A stretch of DNA of 64,000 bases. Source: Candidatus Hadarchaeum sp. Lineage in GTDB: Archaea; Hadarchaeota; Hadarchaeia; Hadarchaeales; Hadarchaeaceae. The stretch covers positions 1 through 64,000 of the forward strand of contig NZ_JBMFOX010000003.1 in assembly GCF_049969415.1 (NCBI RefSeq), given 5' to 3'. Within the stretch, counting starts at the first letter, position 1; each line of letters starts with the position of its first letter. The notes below the pieces were generated by a model. The model was not told where the DNA came from. It saw only the letters and a program-made list of their open reading frames with translations, and did not search any database. The position numbers and the translations under genes are program-made. Below, piece after piece: positions 49,726-59,124 of the stretch.

Positions 49726-50961
49726 ATGACGAAGATTTACATCATCGACGTCACCAACCGGGACGGGGTGCAGACCTCGAGGATCTGTCTTTCCAAGCTC
49801 GAGAAGACGATGATAAATCTCTACCTGAGCAACATGGGCATCTTTCAATCGGAGTTCGGATTCCCCACGACCAACCACGAGGTCAATTACCTCAACGCTA
49901 ACCTGAAGCTGGCGAGGATGGGTATCTTCGGTGATCTGCGTTTGGGCGGCTGGATTCGGGCCACGGACAAGGATGTGAAGCAGGCGTTCCGAAATGTTCC
50001 CGGCCTGGAGCACGTCAACCTCTCCATTTCGACATCGGACCAGATGATCCTGCACAAGTTCAAGGGGAAAATGAACCATGCGGCGGTAATCCAGGAGATG
50101 ACCGAGGCCGTGGAAACTGCACGCAACCACGGAGCCAAGACCGTCGGCGTCAATGCGGAAGACGCCTCCCGGACGCGGCTGGAGTATCTGATTGATTTCG
50201 GCCTGGCGGCGAAGGAGGCGGGAGCAGACCGACTGCGTTACTGCGACACACTGGGGTATGACAGCCCCTTCACCGTTTACGAACGGGTGAAACAGCTGGC
50301 CCAGGCGATAAAGATGCCCATCGAGCTTCACTGCCATAATGACCTGGGGATGGCGGTGGCGACCTCAGTTTGCGGAGCCATGGCCGCTAACGACGCCGGT
50401 TATGACGCTTACATCAACACCTGCGTCAACGGCATGGGGGAACGCGCTGGCAACGCGGACCTAGTCTCCGTGATTCTGGCCCTGAAGTACAGCAGCGGTG
50501 TTCAGGGCAAGTACCGGCTCGATGAGAAGGTCGATTTGAAGATGGCGTGGAAGCTGTGCAAATACGCTTCCTATGCTTTCCGGGTCCCGATCCCAATCAA
50601 TCAGCCTGGGGTGGGGGCCAACGCCTTCGCCCACGAGTCGGGGATTCACGCCGATGGAGCGCTGAAGGACCGGAGAAATTACGAGCTCTATGATTTCGAG
50701 GAGCTGGGCCGTGGTGAGCCCGAGGTCATCGAGACCGGTCGGGAGATCACCGTGGGGGAGTACTCCGGGATCAAGGGGTTCAGGAACGTGGCCGAAAAGC
50801 TGGAGATCGAGTTCAAGAACGAGGAGGAGGCTAGGAAGATACTGGAACTCGTGCGCTACGCCAACGTCCTGAACCAGAAGCCGCTGGTCGAGGACGAGTT
50901 GCGGTTCATCGTCCAATATCCCGAAATTTGCCGCGAAATAATGGCGATTTCCCCCCCGTGA
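49726..50961 (+). CDS. DRE-TIM acyltransferase (homocitrate synthase / Re-citrate synthase-like)
   Basis: DVTNRDGVQ, AEDASR, HCHNDLG, GMGERAGN, HESGIH. Confidence 0.85.
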   Translation: MTKIYIIDVTNRDGVQTSRICLSKLEKTMINLYLSNMGIFQSEFGFPTTNHEVNYLNANLKLARMGIFGDLRLGGWIRATDKDVKQAFRNVPGLEHVNLSISTSDQMILHKFKGKMNHAAVIQEMTEAVETARNHGAKTVGVNAEDASRTRLEYLIDFGLAAKEAGADRLRYCDTLGYDSPFTVYERVKQLAQAIKMPIELHCHNDLGMAVATSVCGAMAANDAGYDAYINTCVNGMGERAGNADLVSVILALKYSSGVQGKYRLDEKVDLKMAWKLCKYASYAFRVPIPINQPGVGANAFAHESGIHADGALKDRRNYELYDFEELGRGEPEVIETGREITVGEYSGIKGFRNVAEKLEIEFKNEEEARKILELVRYANVLNQKPLVEDELRFIVQYPEICREIMAISPP

Positions 50962-51094
50962 CTGACTGCGGGATTGCTGAGGTGTCAGTCCTTTTGTGTT
51001 TATAAAAAAGAAGACTTTTGAAGTAGCTATGGTTTTTTTGAAGGTTAAAAATTCAAATTACATCCGGACCATAATTTCTTAACCGATGATAAGG

Positions 51095-51169
51095 GGCCAG
51101 GGCCGGGATTTGAACCCGGGACGCAGGCTCCACAGGCCCGAATGTTAACCAAGCTACACCACCCTGGCC
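51095..51169 (-). tRNA. tRNA-His(GTG), intron-less, G-1 encoded
   Basis: G-GCCAGGGTGGTGTAGCTTGGTTAACATTCGGGCCTGTGGAGCCTGCGTCCCGGGTTCAAATCCCGGCCCTGGCC. Confidence 0.95.
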
Positions 51170-51377
51170 ACGGATAAACTTCTCCCTTTTCTTATTTAGG
51201 CTTGAAGCCGTGAAATTTTGGGCATTCAATTTTATATAACAACCGATTTCGGCTGGGGCATATTCATGAAAAGCCAGACGTTGAGCAAACCCCAAACTGG
51301 TGCTCCCACCCGGCTAGCAGCGAAAGGTATTTTAGCGCGCCTCGTGAAGCAGAAACGGAAACTTGGAGAGACAGCGC

Positions 51378-53621
51378 ATGAGCGTGAAGTTCTCCGTTGT
51401 GGGAAAGTCCGTCCCCAAGCTCGACGCGGTTAAGCTCGCCACCGGAAAGGCGGAGTTTTTGGATGACATCAAGCTGCCCGGCGCTCTTTCGGTAAAGCTG
51501 TTTGGCAGCACGCGCGCCCATGCCCGGATAAAGAGGATTGACGTGAGCCGGGCGGAGCGGCTCCCCGGGGTTAGGGGAATCATCACTTACAAGGACGCGC
51601 CGCGGGTGCCGTTCAACCCGGGCGTATATTACCTCCTACCCAAGGACAAATACCTCTTCGATGAGAAGGTGCGCTACGTCGGGGAGCCGGTGGCAGCCGT
51701 GGCGGCGGTGGACGAAGACACCGCCGAGGAGGCGCTCTCACTGATCGAGGTTGAATACGAGGAACTGCCGGCGGTCTTCGACCCGGTAGCCGCCATGGAC
51801 CCCAAGGCACCGCGGATTCACCCGCAAGGAAATGTAGCCGCCCATATCGCGCGGGAGTGGGGGGATGTGGAGAAGGGCTTCCGCGAGGCCGACCATGTCT
51901 TTGAGGGCAGGTACACCACGGGGCGGCAGGTGCACGCCACGATTGAACCCCACGCCTGCGCCGCCTCTTACGAGTCAGGCAAGCTGACGATTTGGACGAC
52001 GAGCCAGATCCCCTTTCACGTCCGTTCCGTGCTCTCCGAGGTCTTCGGCCTTCCCCAGCACCGAATTAGAGTGATCACTTCCTACGTCGGGGGAGGTTTC
52101 GGCGGCAAGGACGAGGTCATCCTCGAGCCCATCTGCGCCCTGATGGCTATCAAGCTTGGCGAAACCGTCAAGCTGAGACTGACCCGGGAGGAGGTCTTTC
52201 AGGCCACTACCACGCGGCATCCTTCCATTGTCTGGTTGAAGACTGGGGTGAAGAAGGACGGCACTCTGGTGGCGCGGCAGGTGAGGGCCATCCTTAACAC
52301 CGGGGCCTACGCCTCCCACGGCCCGTCGGTTGCCGGCGCCATGAGCACGCGGGAACTGGGCCTGTACAGATCACCCAACGTCAGTTTCGAGGCCGATGTC
52401 GTCTACACCAACAGCCCCACCGCCGGGGCCTTCCGCGGCTACGGGAACCCGCAGCAGAGCTTCGCCGTGGAGTCGCAGCTGGATGAGATCGCCGAGGCGC
52501 TGGGAATCGACCGCGTGGAGCTGAGACTGAAGAACACCATCAGCGCCGGGGAGATAAACCCCGGCACCGGCCTGAGGATCGAGAGCTGCGGGCTGCAGGA
52601 ATGCATCCGGAGGGCCACCGAGCGAATCTGCTGGCGGCAGAAGTCGCGGGACATCGAGGCGGGGAAGCTGAGGAACCGGGGCCTGGGCATCGCCTGCCTG
52701 ATGCACAATAGTGGCGCCTTCCCCTACATCAAGGAGTCCTCCTCGGCAATCGTCCAGATCAACGAGGACGGGACGGTACAGGTGATGACGGGTGCGGCCG
52801 AGATCGGGCAGGGGATTACGACGACCATCGCCCAGCTGGTGGCCGAGGAACTGGGCGTGGATCTGGAGAAAGTGGCGGTCACCCGCCCCGACACCGACTT
52901 TGTGCCCGTGGACCGGGGGACCTACGCCAGCGGTGAGCTCTACATCAGCGGCCAGGCGGCGAGGCTGGCCGCCGCGGACGCCAAGCAACAGCTGTTGAGG
53001 AAAGCGGCCGAGGTGATGAAGACCAAGCCGGAGGAACTGGAGGTGGTCCAGGGCATCGTCCGGCTGAAGAAGGACCCCAAGGTCAGGAAAACGATTCAGG
53101 AAATAATTGATGAGGTGGCGATCGTCGGCAAGGCCACCTACATGCCGCCCAGCAACGCCCCAATTTTCGGTGCCATGTGTCTGGAGCTCGAGGTCGATCC
53201 CGAGACCGGGGCGATCAAAGTCCTCGATATTGTCTATGCTGCTGATGTCGGCCGGGCGATAAATCCGTTGATCGTCGAGGGACAGATCGAAGGCGGCGCG
53301 GTGATGGGTATGGGCTTTGCCCTAACCGAGGACCTGGTCCTGGACAGCGGCGGCCGCGTGATCAACCGGAACTTCACCGACTACAAGCTCTTGCATGCCT
53401 CGGACCTGCCGCGGATTGAGCCGGTCATCGTGGAATCCCTTGAGCCGACGGGACCCTTTGCCGCTAAGGGGGTGGGCGAGCCGGCCCTGGTTCCGGTAGC
53501 CCCGGCGATTGCCAACGCGATTTATCAGGCGGCCGGTGTCAGGATAAGAGACCTGCCGATCACCCATGACAAAGTGCTGAAGGCCTTGAAGGAGTTAAGT
53601 TCTCGAAAAGCGTCGGGGTAA
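51378..53621 (+). CDS. Xanthine dehydrogenase family molybdopterin-binding subunit
   Basis: VGGGFGGK, AFRGYG, EIGQG, EGQIEGG, KGVGE. Confidence 0.92.
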   Translation: MSVKFSVVGKSVPKLDAVKLATGKAEFLDDIKLPGALSVKLFGSTRAHARIKRIDVSRAERLPGVRGIITYKDAPRVPFNPGVYYLLPKDKYLFDEKVRYVGEPVAAVAAVDEDTAEEALSLIEVEYEELPAVFDPVAAMDPKAPRIHPQGNVAAHIAREWGDVEKGFREADHVFEGRYTTGRQVHATIEPHACAASYESGKLTIWTTSQIPFHVRSVLSEVFGLPQHRIRVITSYVGGGFGGKDEVILEPICALMAIKLGETVKLRLTREEVFQATTTRHPSIVWLKTGVKKDGTLVARQVRAILNTGAYASHGPSVAGAMSTRELGLYRSPNVSFEADVVYTNSPTAGAFRGYGNPQQSFAVESQLDEIAEALGIDRVELRLKNTISAGEINPGTGLRIESCGLQECIRRATERICWRQKSRDIEAGKLRNRGLGIACLMHNSGAFPYIKESSSAIVQINEDGTVQVMTGAAEIGQGITTTIAQLVAEELGVDLEKVAVTRPDTDFVPVDRGTYASGELYISGQAARLAAADAKQQLLRKAAEVMKTKPEELEVVQGIVRLKKDPKVRKTIQEIIDEVAIVGKATYMPPSNAPIFGAMCLELEVDPETGAIKVLDIVYAADVGRAINPLIVEGQIEGGAVMGMGFALTEDLVLDSGGRVINRNFTDYKLLHASDLPRIEPVIVESLEPTGPFAAKGVGEPALVPVAPAIANAIYQAAGVRIRDLPITHDKVLKALKELSSRKASG

Positions 53622-53746
53622 ATTAATTCCCGGTCTTTGCCAAGAAGGTCAAGCCACCTGAAATAGTTCCGGGTGGTTGGGAAATTTTTGGATCAGCGGT
53701 GCGGATGTTTTTAATACCTTGGAGCCTGAGGCCTGAATGGATTGCC

Positions 53747-53920
53747 ATGCCGAAGCCACCGATTAACAAGGAATTGTTGGATATACTTGCCTGCCCCATC
53801 TGTAAGTCCGGGGTAAGACTGAGGAAGGGCAAGCTCGTCTGCATCCGGTGCGGTCGGGAGTATCCCCTCGTGGACGGAATTCCCATCATGCTGCCGGAAG
53901 AGGCCCGCCTGAAAAATTGA
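53747..53920 (+). CDS. Trm112 family protein
   Basis: LLDILACPICK...CIRCGREYPLVDGIPIML. Confidence 0.9.
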   Translation: MPKPPINKELLDILACPICKSGVRLRKGKLVCIRCGREYPLVDGIPIMLPEEARLKN

Positions 53921-54014
53921 CCCCCTTCCATTTCACCACCGTTATCATCCCGAAATTTTTGCTTTGGTTCGATATCCTTTTAAGCAGGGTTGACCATCCC
54001 TCTTAAGCGATTGG

Positions 54015-54911
54015 ATGCTGAACCAGGCCGAGAGGGTAACGGTAGCGTCAATCATCGTGACGACCCTTTTGGGTGCAGTTGAGGTGGCGGTATTCCTGAG
54101 GTTTGGAATCGTCACCTTCTTCGCTGCCGGGCTGGATGCCCTCTTTGACACCGCCACCTCGATTGGGGTCCTGATCGGTCTCAAGGTCTCGGGACGTCCG
54201 GCGGATCGGGGTCACCTCTACGGGCACATGCAGGCCGAGACGCTGGTTTCACTGTTTCTCGCGGGTGCTTTAATCTTCTCCGCGGTGAGGATAGATCAGC
54301 TGGCGATCGAGAAGATCTTCGCCCAAACGCCGGCCGAAGTCAGCCCGGAGCTTTTCCTTCTGGCGACGTTTACCATAGTTTTGTTCAGCGCCCTAGCAAG
54401 ATACAAGATCAAAATCGGGAGATTGTCTAGAAAAAACTCGGTGGTGGCGGACGGATATCATACCCTCTCAGATGCTTTTTCCTCGGCGACCGTGCTGGCC
54501 GGGCTGGTGCTGATGAAATGGGGATACATCTGGGCGGATGCGGTCGCGTCCATCATCATCTCCCTCGTGATTCTCCGCTGGGGGCTGGCCATTGGTTATG
54601 ACGCGTTAAATGTGCTGATGGGCGCCAGCCCGGGTACAAAATTCATCTCTCGATTGAAGGACATCTGTATGGATGTCCCTGGAGTAAGCGGATGTCACAA
54701 GTGCCGGGCCCGGCGCGTCGGCTCCCGCATCCACGCGGACATGCACGTGCTGGTCGACCCCAAGCTGAGCGTCGAAGACTCGCACAGGGTTGCAACGAAA
54801 GTGGAGCGCAGCCTGAAGACTAGGATTCCGGAGCTGGCCTCGGTTGTCGTGCACATAGAGCCGGTGAGGAAAAACAGCCGTGGGAAAATGCCTCCGAGGC
54901 GCCCGGGCTGA
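54015..54911 (+). CDS. Cation diffusion facilitator transporter
   Basis: PADRGHLYGH, ADGYHTLSD, VVHIEP. Confidence 0.92.
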   Translation: MLNQAERVTVASIIVTTLLGAVEVAVFLRFGIVTFFAAGLDALFDTATSIGVLIGLKVSGRPADRGHLYGHMQAETLVSLFLAGALIFSAVRIDQLAIEKIFAQTPAEVSPELFLLATFTIVLFSALARYKIKIGRLSRKNSVVADGYHTLSDAFSSATVLAGLVLMKWGYIWADAVASIIISLVILRWGLAIGYDALNVLMGASPGTKFISRLKDICMDVPGVSGCHKCRARRVGSRIHADMHVLVDPKLSVEDSHRVATKVERSLKTRIPELASVVVHIEPVRKNSRGKMPPRRPG

Positions 54912-55440
54912 GTTCTTGTTCTTCGCAGCCAGAGCACTAGTTTCAGCTTCTGGACGAGAACCTGAGGAAACCCCTCATCACTTGCGTCATGACCGTGATG
55001 GGGAAAAACGATAATCGGGACCTGAGTTACAGGATCAATGAACAGAGCGAGGTCTCATCGGATAGCGGGGGCCCGAAGCGGTTAATCTCAAAGAGCGGCG
55101 AATGAAGAGGATGGGCTGGAGTGTAAGGTGGTTGCAAGCTCATCAAGATGGGGCCTGATATTCTGGAAAAAGTTATTGTCGGGAGCGTCGTGAATGAGGA
55201 AATTTCAGCGCTAACTTCGGGGCATCACGTTGGTGCGGAGGGATAGAGCGCTGCTATCATTCAAATCTATCAAGCTAAATTTTAAGAACCGGGCAGGATC
55301 TGGGCAGGATTTTTGTGGTCTTTTGGGGGTTGGGTGAAGTCATGGCGCCTACGGTGCCTTTTTTACTAGGAGGGACCGCACAAATCTTGCTCGATGCAGG
55401 AATACCGATGCTTTTATATTAAAAGTAAGACTAGGCTTAC

Positions 55441-55716
55441 TTGGTGGGATACGTGACGCTGGCCGTGACCAAGACCTCCATCAAGGGGCAATTGGTAATC
55501 CCGAAGGAGATAAGGCGGGAACTCGGGATAAAAGAGGGCCAGTTGATGCTGGTTTACGCCGCCGGCGACAGGATCATCTTGAAAAAGGTGGAAGCTCCAG
55601 AGCCGGGTCTGTTTTCAATGCTGGCCGAGCCCATTAGGGCAAAAGCCAGAGAACGGAGAGTTACCCGAAAGGATGTCGAGCGCGCGATCAGAGAGATTCG
55701 TGGGCATGCGGAATGA
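55441..55716 (+). CDS. AbrB/MazE/SpoVT antitoxin
   Basis: KGQLVIPKEIRRELGIKEG. Confidence 0.9.
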   Translation: MVGYVTLAVTKTSIKGQLVIPKEIRRELGIKEGQLMLVYAAGDRIILKKVEAPEPGLFSMLAEPIRAKARERRVTRKDVERAIREIRGHAE

Positions 55717-56126
55717 AGCCTGTGATAGTGGTAGCCGACACGAACGTCCTCGTTTCCTCATTGCTTTGGGAAGGAAACGAATCAAAAATCGTGGAGTTAG
55801 CGGAAATAGGAAAGATAAAGCTACTCACATCAGCTGCACTTCTGGACGAGCTAAAAAAAGTTTTGATGTACGAGAGGTTTGGCTTGGACGAAAAGACGGT
55901 TGATGATAGTGTCAAATACATTTTGACTATCTCCGACATCATCTCGCCAAAGCGCAGTGTCAGGGTAATCCATGAAGATCCGGCCGATAATGAGGTGCTG
56001 GGGTGCGCCTTGGAGGGAAAGGCAAGGTACATCGTTTCTGGTGACAAGCATCTGCCGCGATTGAAGGAATTTGGGAGAATCAAGATAGTACGCGCCAAGG
56101 AACTTCTAAACATCCTCAAGATTTAA
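55713..56126 (+). CDS. PIN-domain toxin
   Basis: VADTNVLVS, EDPADN, IVSGDKHL; overlaps the antitoxin stop. Confidence 0.9.
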   Translation: MKPVIVVADTNVLVSSLLWEGNESKIVELAEIGKIKLLTSAALLDELKKVLMYERFGLDEKTVDDSVKYILTISDIISPKRSVRVIHEDPADNEVLGCALEGKARYIVSGDKHLPRLKEFGRIKIVRAKELLNILKI

Positions 56127-56388
56127 CCGTGCCAAATCCCCATGCATCGCGTGGGTTGCACTGCGCTGCCCAACATCCTCGCTTTGCTGGGGCAGAGTAT
56201 GGTTTGATTTCTATCTCATTTTGTCGGTTTAATTTTTCGCGATGGCGATGGTAGGGCAACAACCGGCGTTTTGAGGGATATAAACCTAGATGGAAATTCA
56301 AACCGTGCTCAAAAATCGATCCTTGTCAATAGGCCTCCTTTGACAGAAATCCGCCGGTATCTTCCTCATTCGGTTCAGTGAAAAAAGG

Positions 56389-56558
56389 TGCGGGGGGAGG
56401 GATTTGAACCCTCAACATTCGGATATCAGACCTAGGAGTCTTCAGTTTTGCCCCTTGAGAGCTGTCCCCCAAGGTCCGACACTATTGAGCCAGGTTTTAC
56501 CTGGTCTCCCATTTCAATCCGGTGGCGGCTTTCCACCAGATGGTTGAGTTACCCCCGC
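56389..56558 (-). tRNA. tRNA-Phe(GAA) with four introns (17/17a, 22/23, 30/31, 37/38)
   Basis: Removing 56512-56541, 56484-56505, 56447-56475 and 56425-56439 gives the 74-nt GCGGGGGTAACTCAACCTGGGAGAGTGTCGGACTGAAGATCCGAATGTTGAGGGTTCAAATCCCTCCCCCCGCA with all four stems paired. Confidence 0.9.
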
Positions 56559-56695
56559 ACCTTCAAATTCTCTGTAGTTTGAAGTTAAAAAATGCTACCC
56601 CACCGCTAGATGTGCGGATGCTCCACGACCAGATAAAACCGGCAGAGTTCGATAAAGGATACGGATTATAAGACCGGGCGCGATAACCTAAGCTG

Positions 56696-58042
56696 ATGGC
56701 GATGACCGGCTACCGGGGTGAGGTGCAGAGAATTTTGCGCGCGGCGTCGGTGAAGGTGGGCGACAAGATCAAGGCGGTGAGCCGCGGCCGCACCTATGTC
56801 GGCGTCCTGATGCCCCGCACCGAGCTGGGCGATCCCGATCATCTGGTCCTCAAGCTGGACAACGGCTACAACATCGGGGTGAAGGTCGGCCGGAGCACCA
56901 AGGTGGCCTTGCTCGAGAGCCGGGAACTGCCGAAGCTGGCGGTGCCCAAACCCGCGGTAGTTCCGGACGCGAGCAAGCCTCGGGTAACGATAGTCGGCAC
57001 CGGGGGAACCATTGCAAGTCGGGTCGATTACCGCACCGGAGCGGTCTATCCCGCGTTCACCGCCGAGGACATCTACAACGCGGTTCCGGAGATAGCTGAG
57101 ATTGCCAACGTCAAGGTGGTCCAGGCCTGCAACGTCTTCAGCGAGCACATGATCCCGGAGCTTTGGGCGAAGGTAGCCCGGATTGTGGCCAAGGAGATCA
57201 ACGACGGGGCCACGGGAGTCGTGGTGGCCCATGGCACCGATACCATGGGGTACACCGCCGCCGCGCTGAGCTTCATGCTTCAGGGATTGTTTCGCCCCGT
57301 GGTTCTGGTCGGGTCGCAGAGGTCCTCCGACCGGCCGAGCAGCGACGCCGCCCTGAACCTGATTTCAGCGGTCGCGGTCGCCGCCAAATCGGACATCGCC
57401 GAGGTGACCGTGGTCATGCACGGGTCAACCGAGGATGATCATTGTCTGATCCACCGGGGAACCAAGGTTCGGAAGTGCCACACCAGTCGCCGGGATGCCT
57501 TTCAGAGCATCAATGATATCCCTTTGGGCATGGTCAGAGAGGGCCAGATCGTGATGTTCCGCGATGACTACCGCCGCGCTGGTTCCGCGGGCCGGGTCAG
57601 GGTGCAGGACAGGCTGGAGAAGAGGGTGGCCTTGGTGAAGACTACACCGGGATTGCCCGCAAGTGTCATCAAGGGCATCATCGCTTCTGGCGACCGCGGA
57701 ATTGTCCTTGAGGGCACGGGGCTGGGCCACGTCCCCCAGACCCTGTTTGAGGGCATTGAACTGGCCCAGAGAAGGAAGATCCCAGTGGTGATGACATCGC
57801 AGTGCCTCTGGGGCAGGGTCGACATGAACGTTTACTCCACGGGCCGTGAACTGCTCCAGCTCGGCGTCATTCCTGCGGAGGACATGCTTCCTGAGGTGGC
57901 TTGGGTGAAGCTGATGTGGGTGCTGGGCAGGACTAGAGATCTGGAAAGGGTTGCCAGGTTGATGCGGCAGAACCTGGCCGGGGAGATAACGCCGCGAACC
58001 CGACCCGATGCTTTTCTTAAACCTCTCTTCACGCCCGGATAG
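56696..58042 (+). CDS. gatD: Glu-tRNA(Gln) amidotransferase subunit D
   Basis: KLDNGYNIG, TGGTIASRVDY, HGTDTM, QRSSDRPSSD. Confidence 0.96.
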   Translation: MAMTGYRGEVQRILRAASVKVGDKIKAVSRGRTYVGVLMPRTELGDPDHLVLKLDNGYNIGVKVGRSTKVALLESRELPKLAVPKPAVVPDASKPRVTIVGTGGTIASRVDYRTGAVYPAFTAEDIYNAVPEIAEIANVKVVQACNVFSEHMIPELWAKVARIVAKEINDGATGVVVAHGTDTMGYTAAALSFMLQGLFRPVVLVGSQRSSDRPSSDAALNLISAVAVAAKSDIAEVTVVMHGSTEDDHCLIHRGTKVRKCHTSRRDAFQSINDIPLGMVREGQIVMFRDDYRRAGSAGRVRVQDRLEKRVALVKTTPGLPASVIKGIIASGDRGIVLEGTGLGHVPQTLFEGIELAQRRKIPVVMTSQCLWGRVDMNVYSTGRELLQLGVIPAEDMLPEVAWVKLMWVLGRTRDLERVARLMRQNLAGEITPRTRPDAFLKPLFTPG

Positions 58043-58048
58043 CCGCCA

Positions 58049-58954
58049 CTATAATACCGCAAGGCCTCGCAGCGCGAAGACCGCCGCCATGCTGAGCAGC
58101 GTGGGCACGAACAGGCTCTGGGAGGTTGCCCTGACGTCAAGGTTGAACCGGGAGATGATCAGCAGGTTGGTCACGGCGGGCGGCATCAGCGCCATGATGA
58201 GGAGGGTGTTTCTCACTGCCTCAGCAGGGTTAAAAATCGCCGCCAGAATCACGGCGATAATTGGGGAGATCACCAGCCGGTTAACCGTGATGAGGCCGGT
58301 GGTGCGGTTGCCGAAGATGAGGAAGGATTCTTTAGAGAGGGGGATGACCATGCCGACCCAGATCAGGCTCAGGTAGACCGTGAGCAGGCCGAACTGATGC
58401 AGCCAGAAAAAAGCCGCCGTTTCCGCAAACCACCCCACCACAGGCTGCAGCAGCAGGCCGAGCAGGAACCCCAACAGCGGCGGGTAGGTGGCGGACCGGA
58501 CTAAAACCTTTTTCTCAAACCTCCCGTGGCCCCAGTAGGAGGCAAGAAAGACCCCGACCGTGTTGTGGAGGATCATCGTGGGCAGCGAGAAGAGCAGGGC
58601 CGCGGAGAGGTCGCCGTAGAAGGCGTAGATGAGGGGGAAGGGCAGGAAGATGTTGTTGAAGAAGGTCGAGTTGATAACGACTGTCCCCAGCTCCCTTTTG
58701 TCAGACCTTCGGGAGGAGAGATAGCTCACGCCGAAGCATAACCCCACGTAGATAACCGAGAGCAGCAGGATGTTTTCCAGTGTGATTCCGGACAGGTCGG
58801 CTTTGAAAATCTCGGCGAACATCAGAATTGGCGCCATGATGTTGATGAGGAGGAACTCGAGATGCTTTGCCTTAAGACCGAACCTGACCCGGCCCAGCAG
58901 GATGCCCAGCAACATCAGCGAAGGCATCAGCACAATGTTGGTTAAGTCGCTCAA
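58049..58954 (-). CDS. AEC (auxin efflux carrier) family transporter
   Basis: About 10 transmembrane segments; NNIFLPFPL, PPL, RLVISP, MPPA; TTG start after a G-rich ribosome-binding site. Confidence 0.82.
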   Translation of the reverse strand: MSDLTNIVLMPSLMLLGILLGRVRFGLKAKHLEFLLINIMAPILMFAEIFKADLSGITLENILLLSVIYVGLCFGVSYLSSRRSDKRELGTVVINSTFFNNIFLPFPLIYAFYGDLSAALLFSLPTMILHNTVGVFLASYWGHGRFEKKVLVRSATYPPLLGFLLGLLLQPVVGWFAETAAFFWLHQFGLLTVYLSLIWVGMVIPLSKESFLIFGNRTTGLITVNRLVISPIIAVILAAIFNPAEAVRNTLLIMALMPPAVTNLLIISRFNLDVRATSQSLFVPTLLSMAAVFALRGLAVL

Positions 58955-59124
58955 TTCATCCCCCCCATCGATACTAATGCTTATGTTGGTGAAATCATAG
59001 TGAATAAGAATCCCTCTGCTGATAAGGTTATTTCTGGAGATTTTCTCCGATGGCGGATCCGTTTTCAGCGATTGGAATCCCGCTGGTACCGCAACCCCTT
59101 TACTAAAATACCTCTTCAGCAAAG

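Noticed and set aside
54990-55070. Possible C/D box sRNA
   Set aside because: No convincing RUGAUGA/CUGA box set with suitable spacing.
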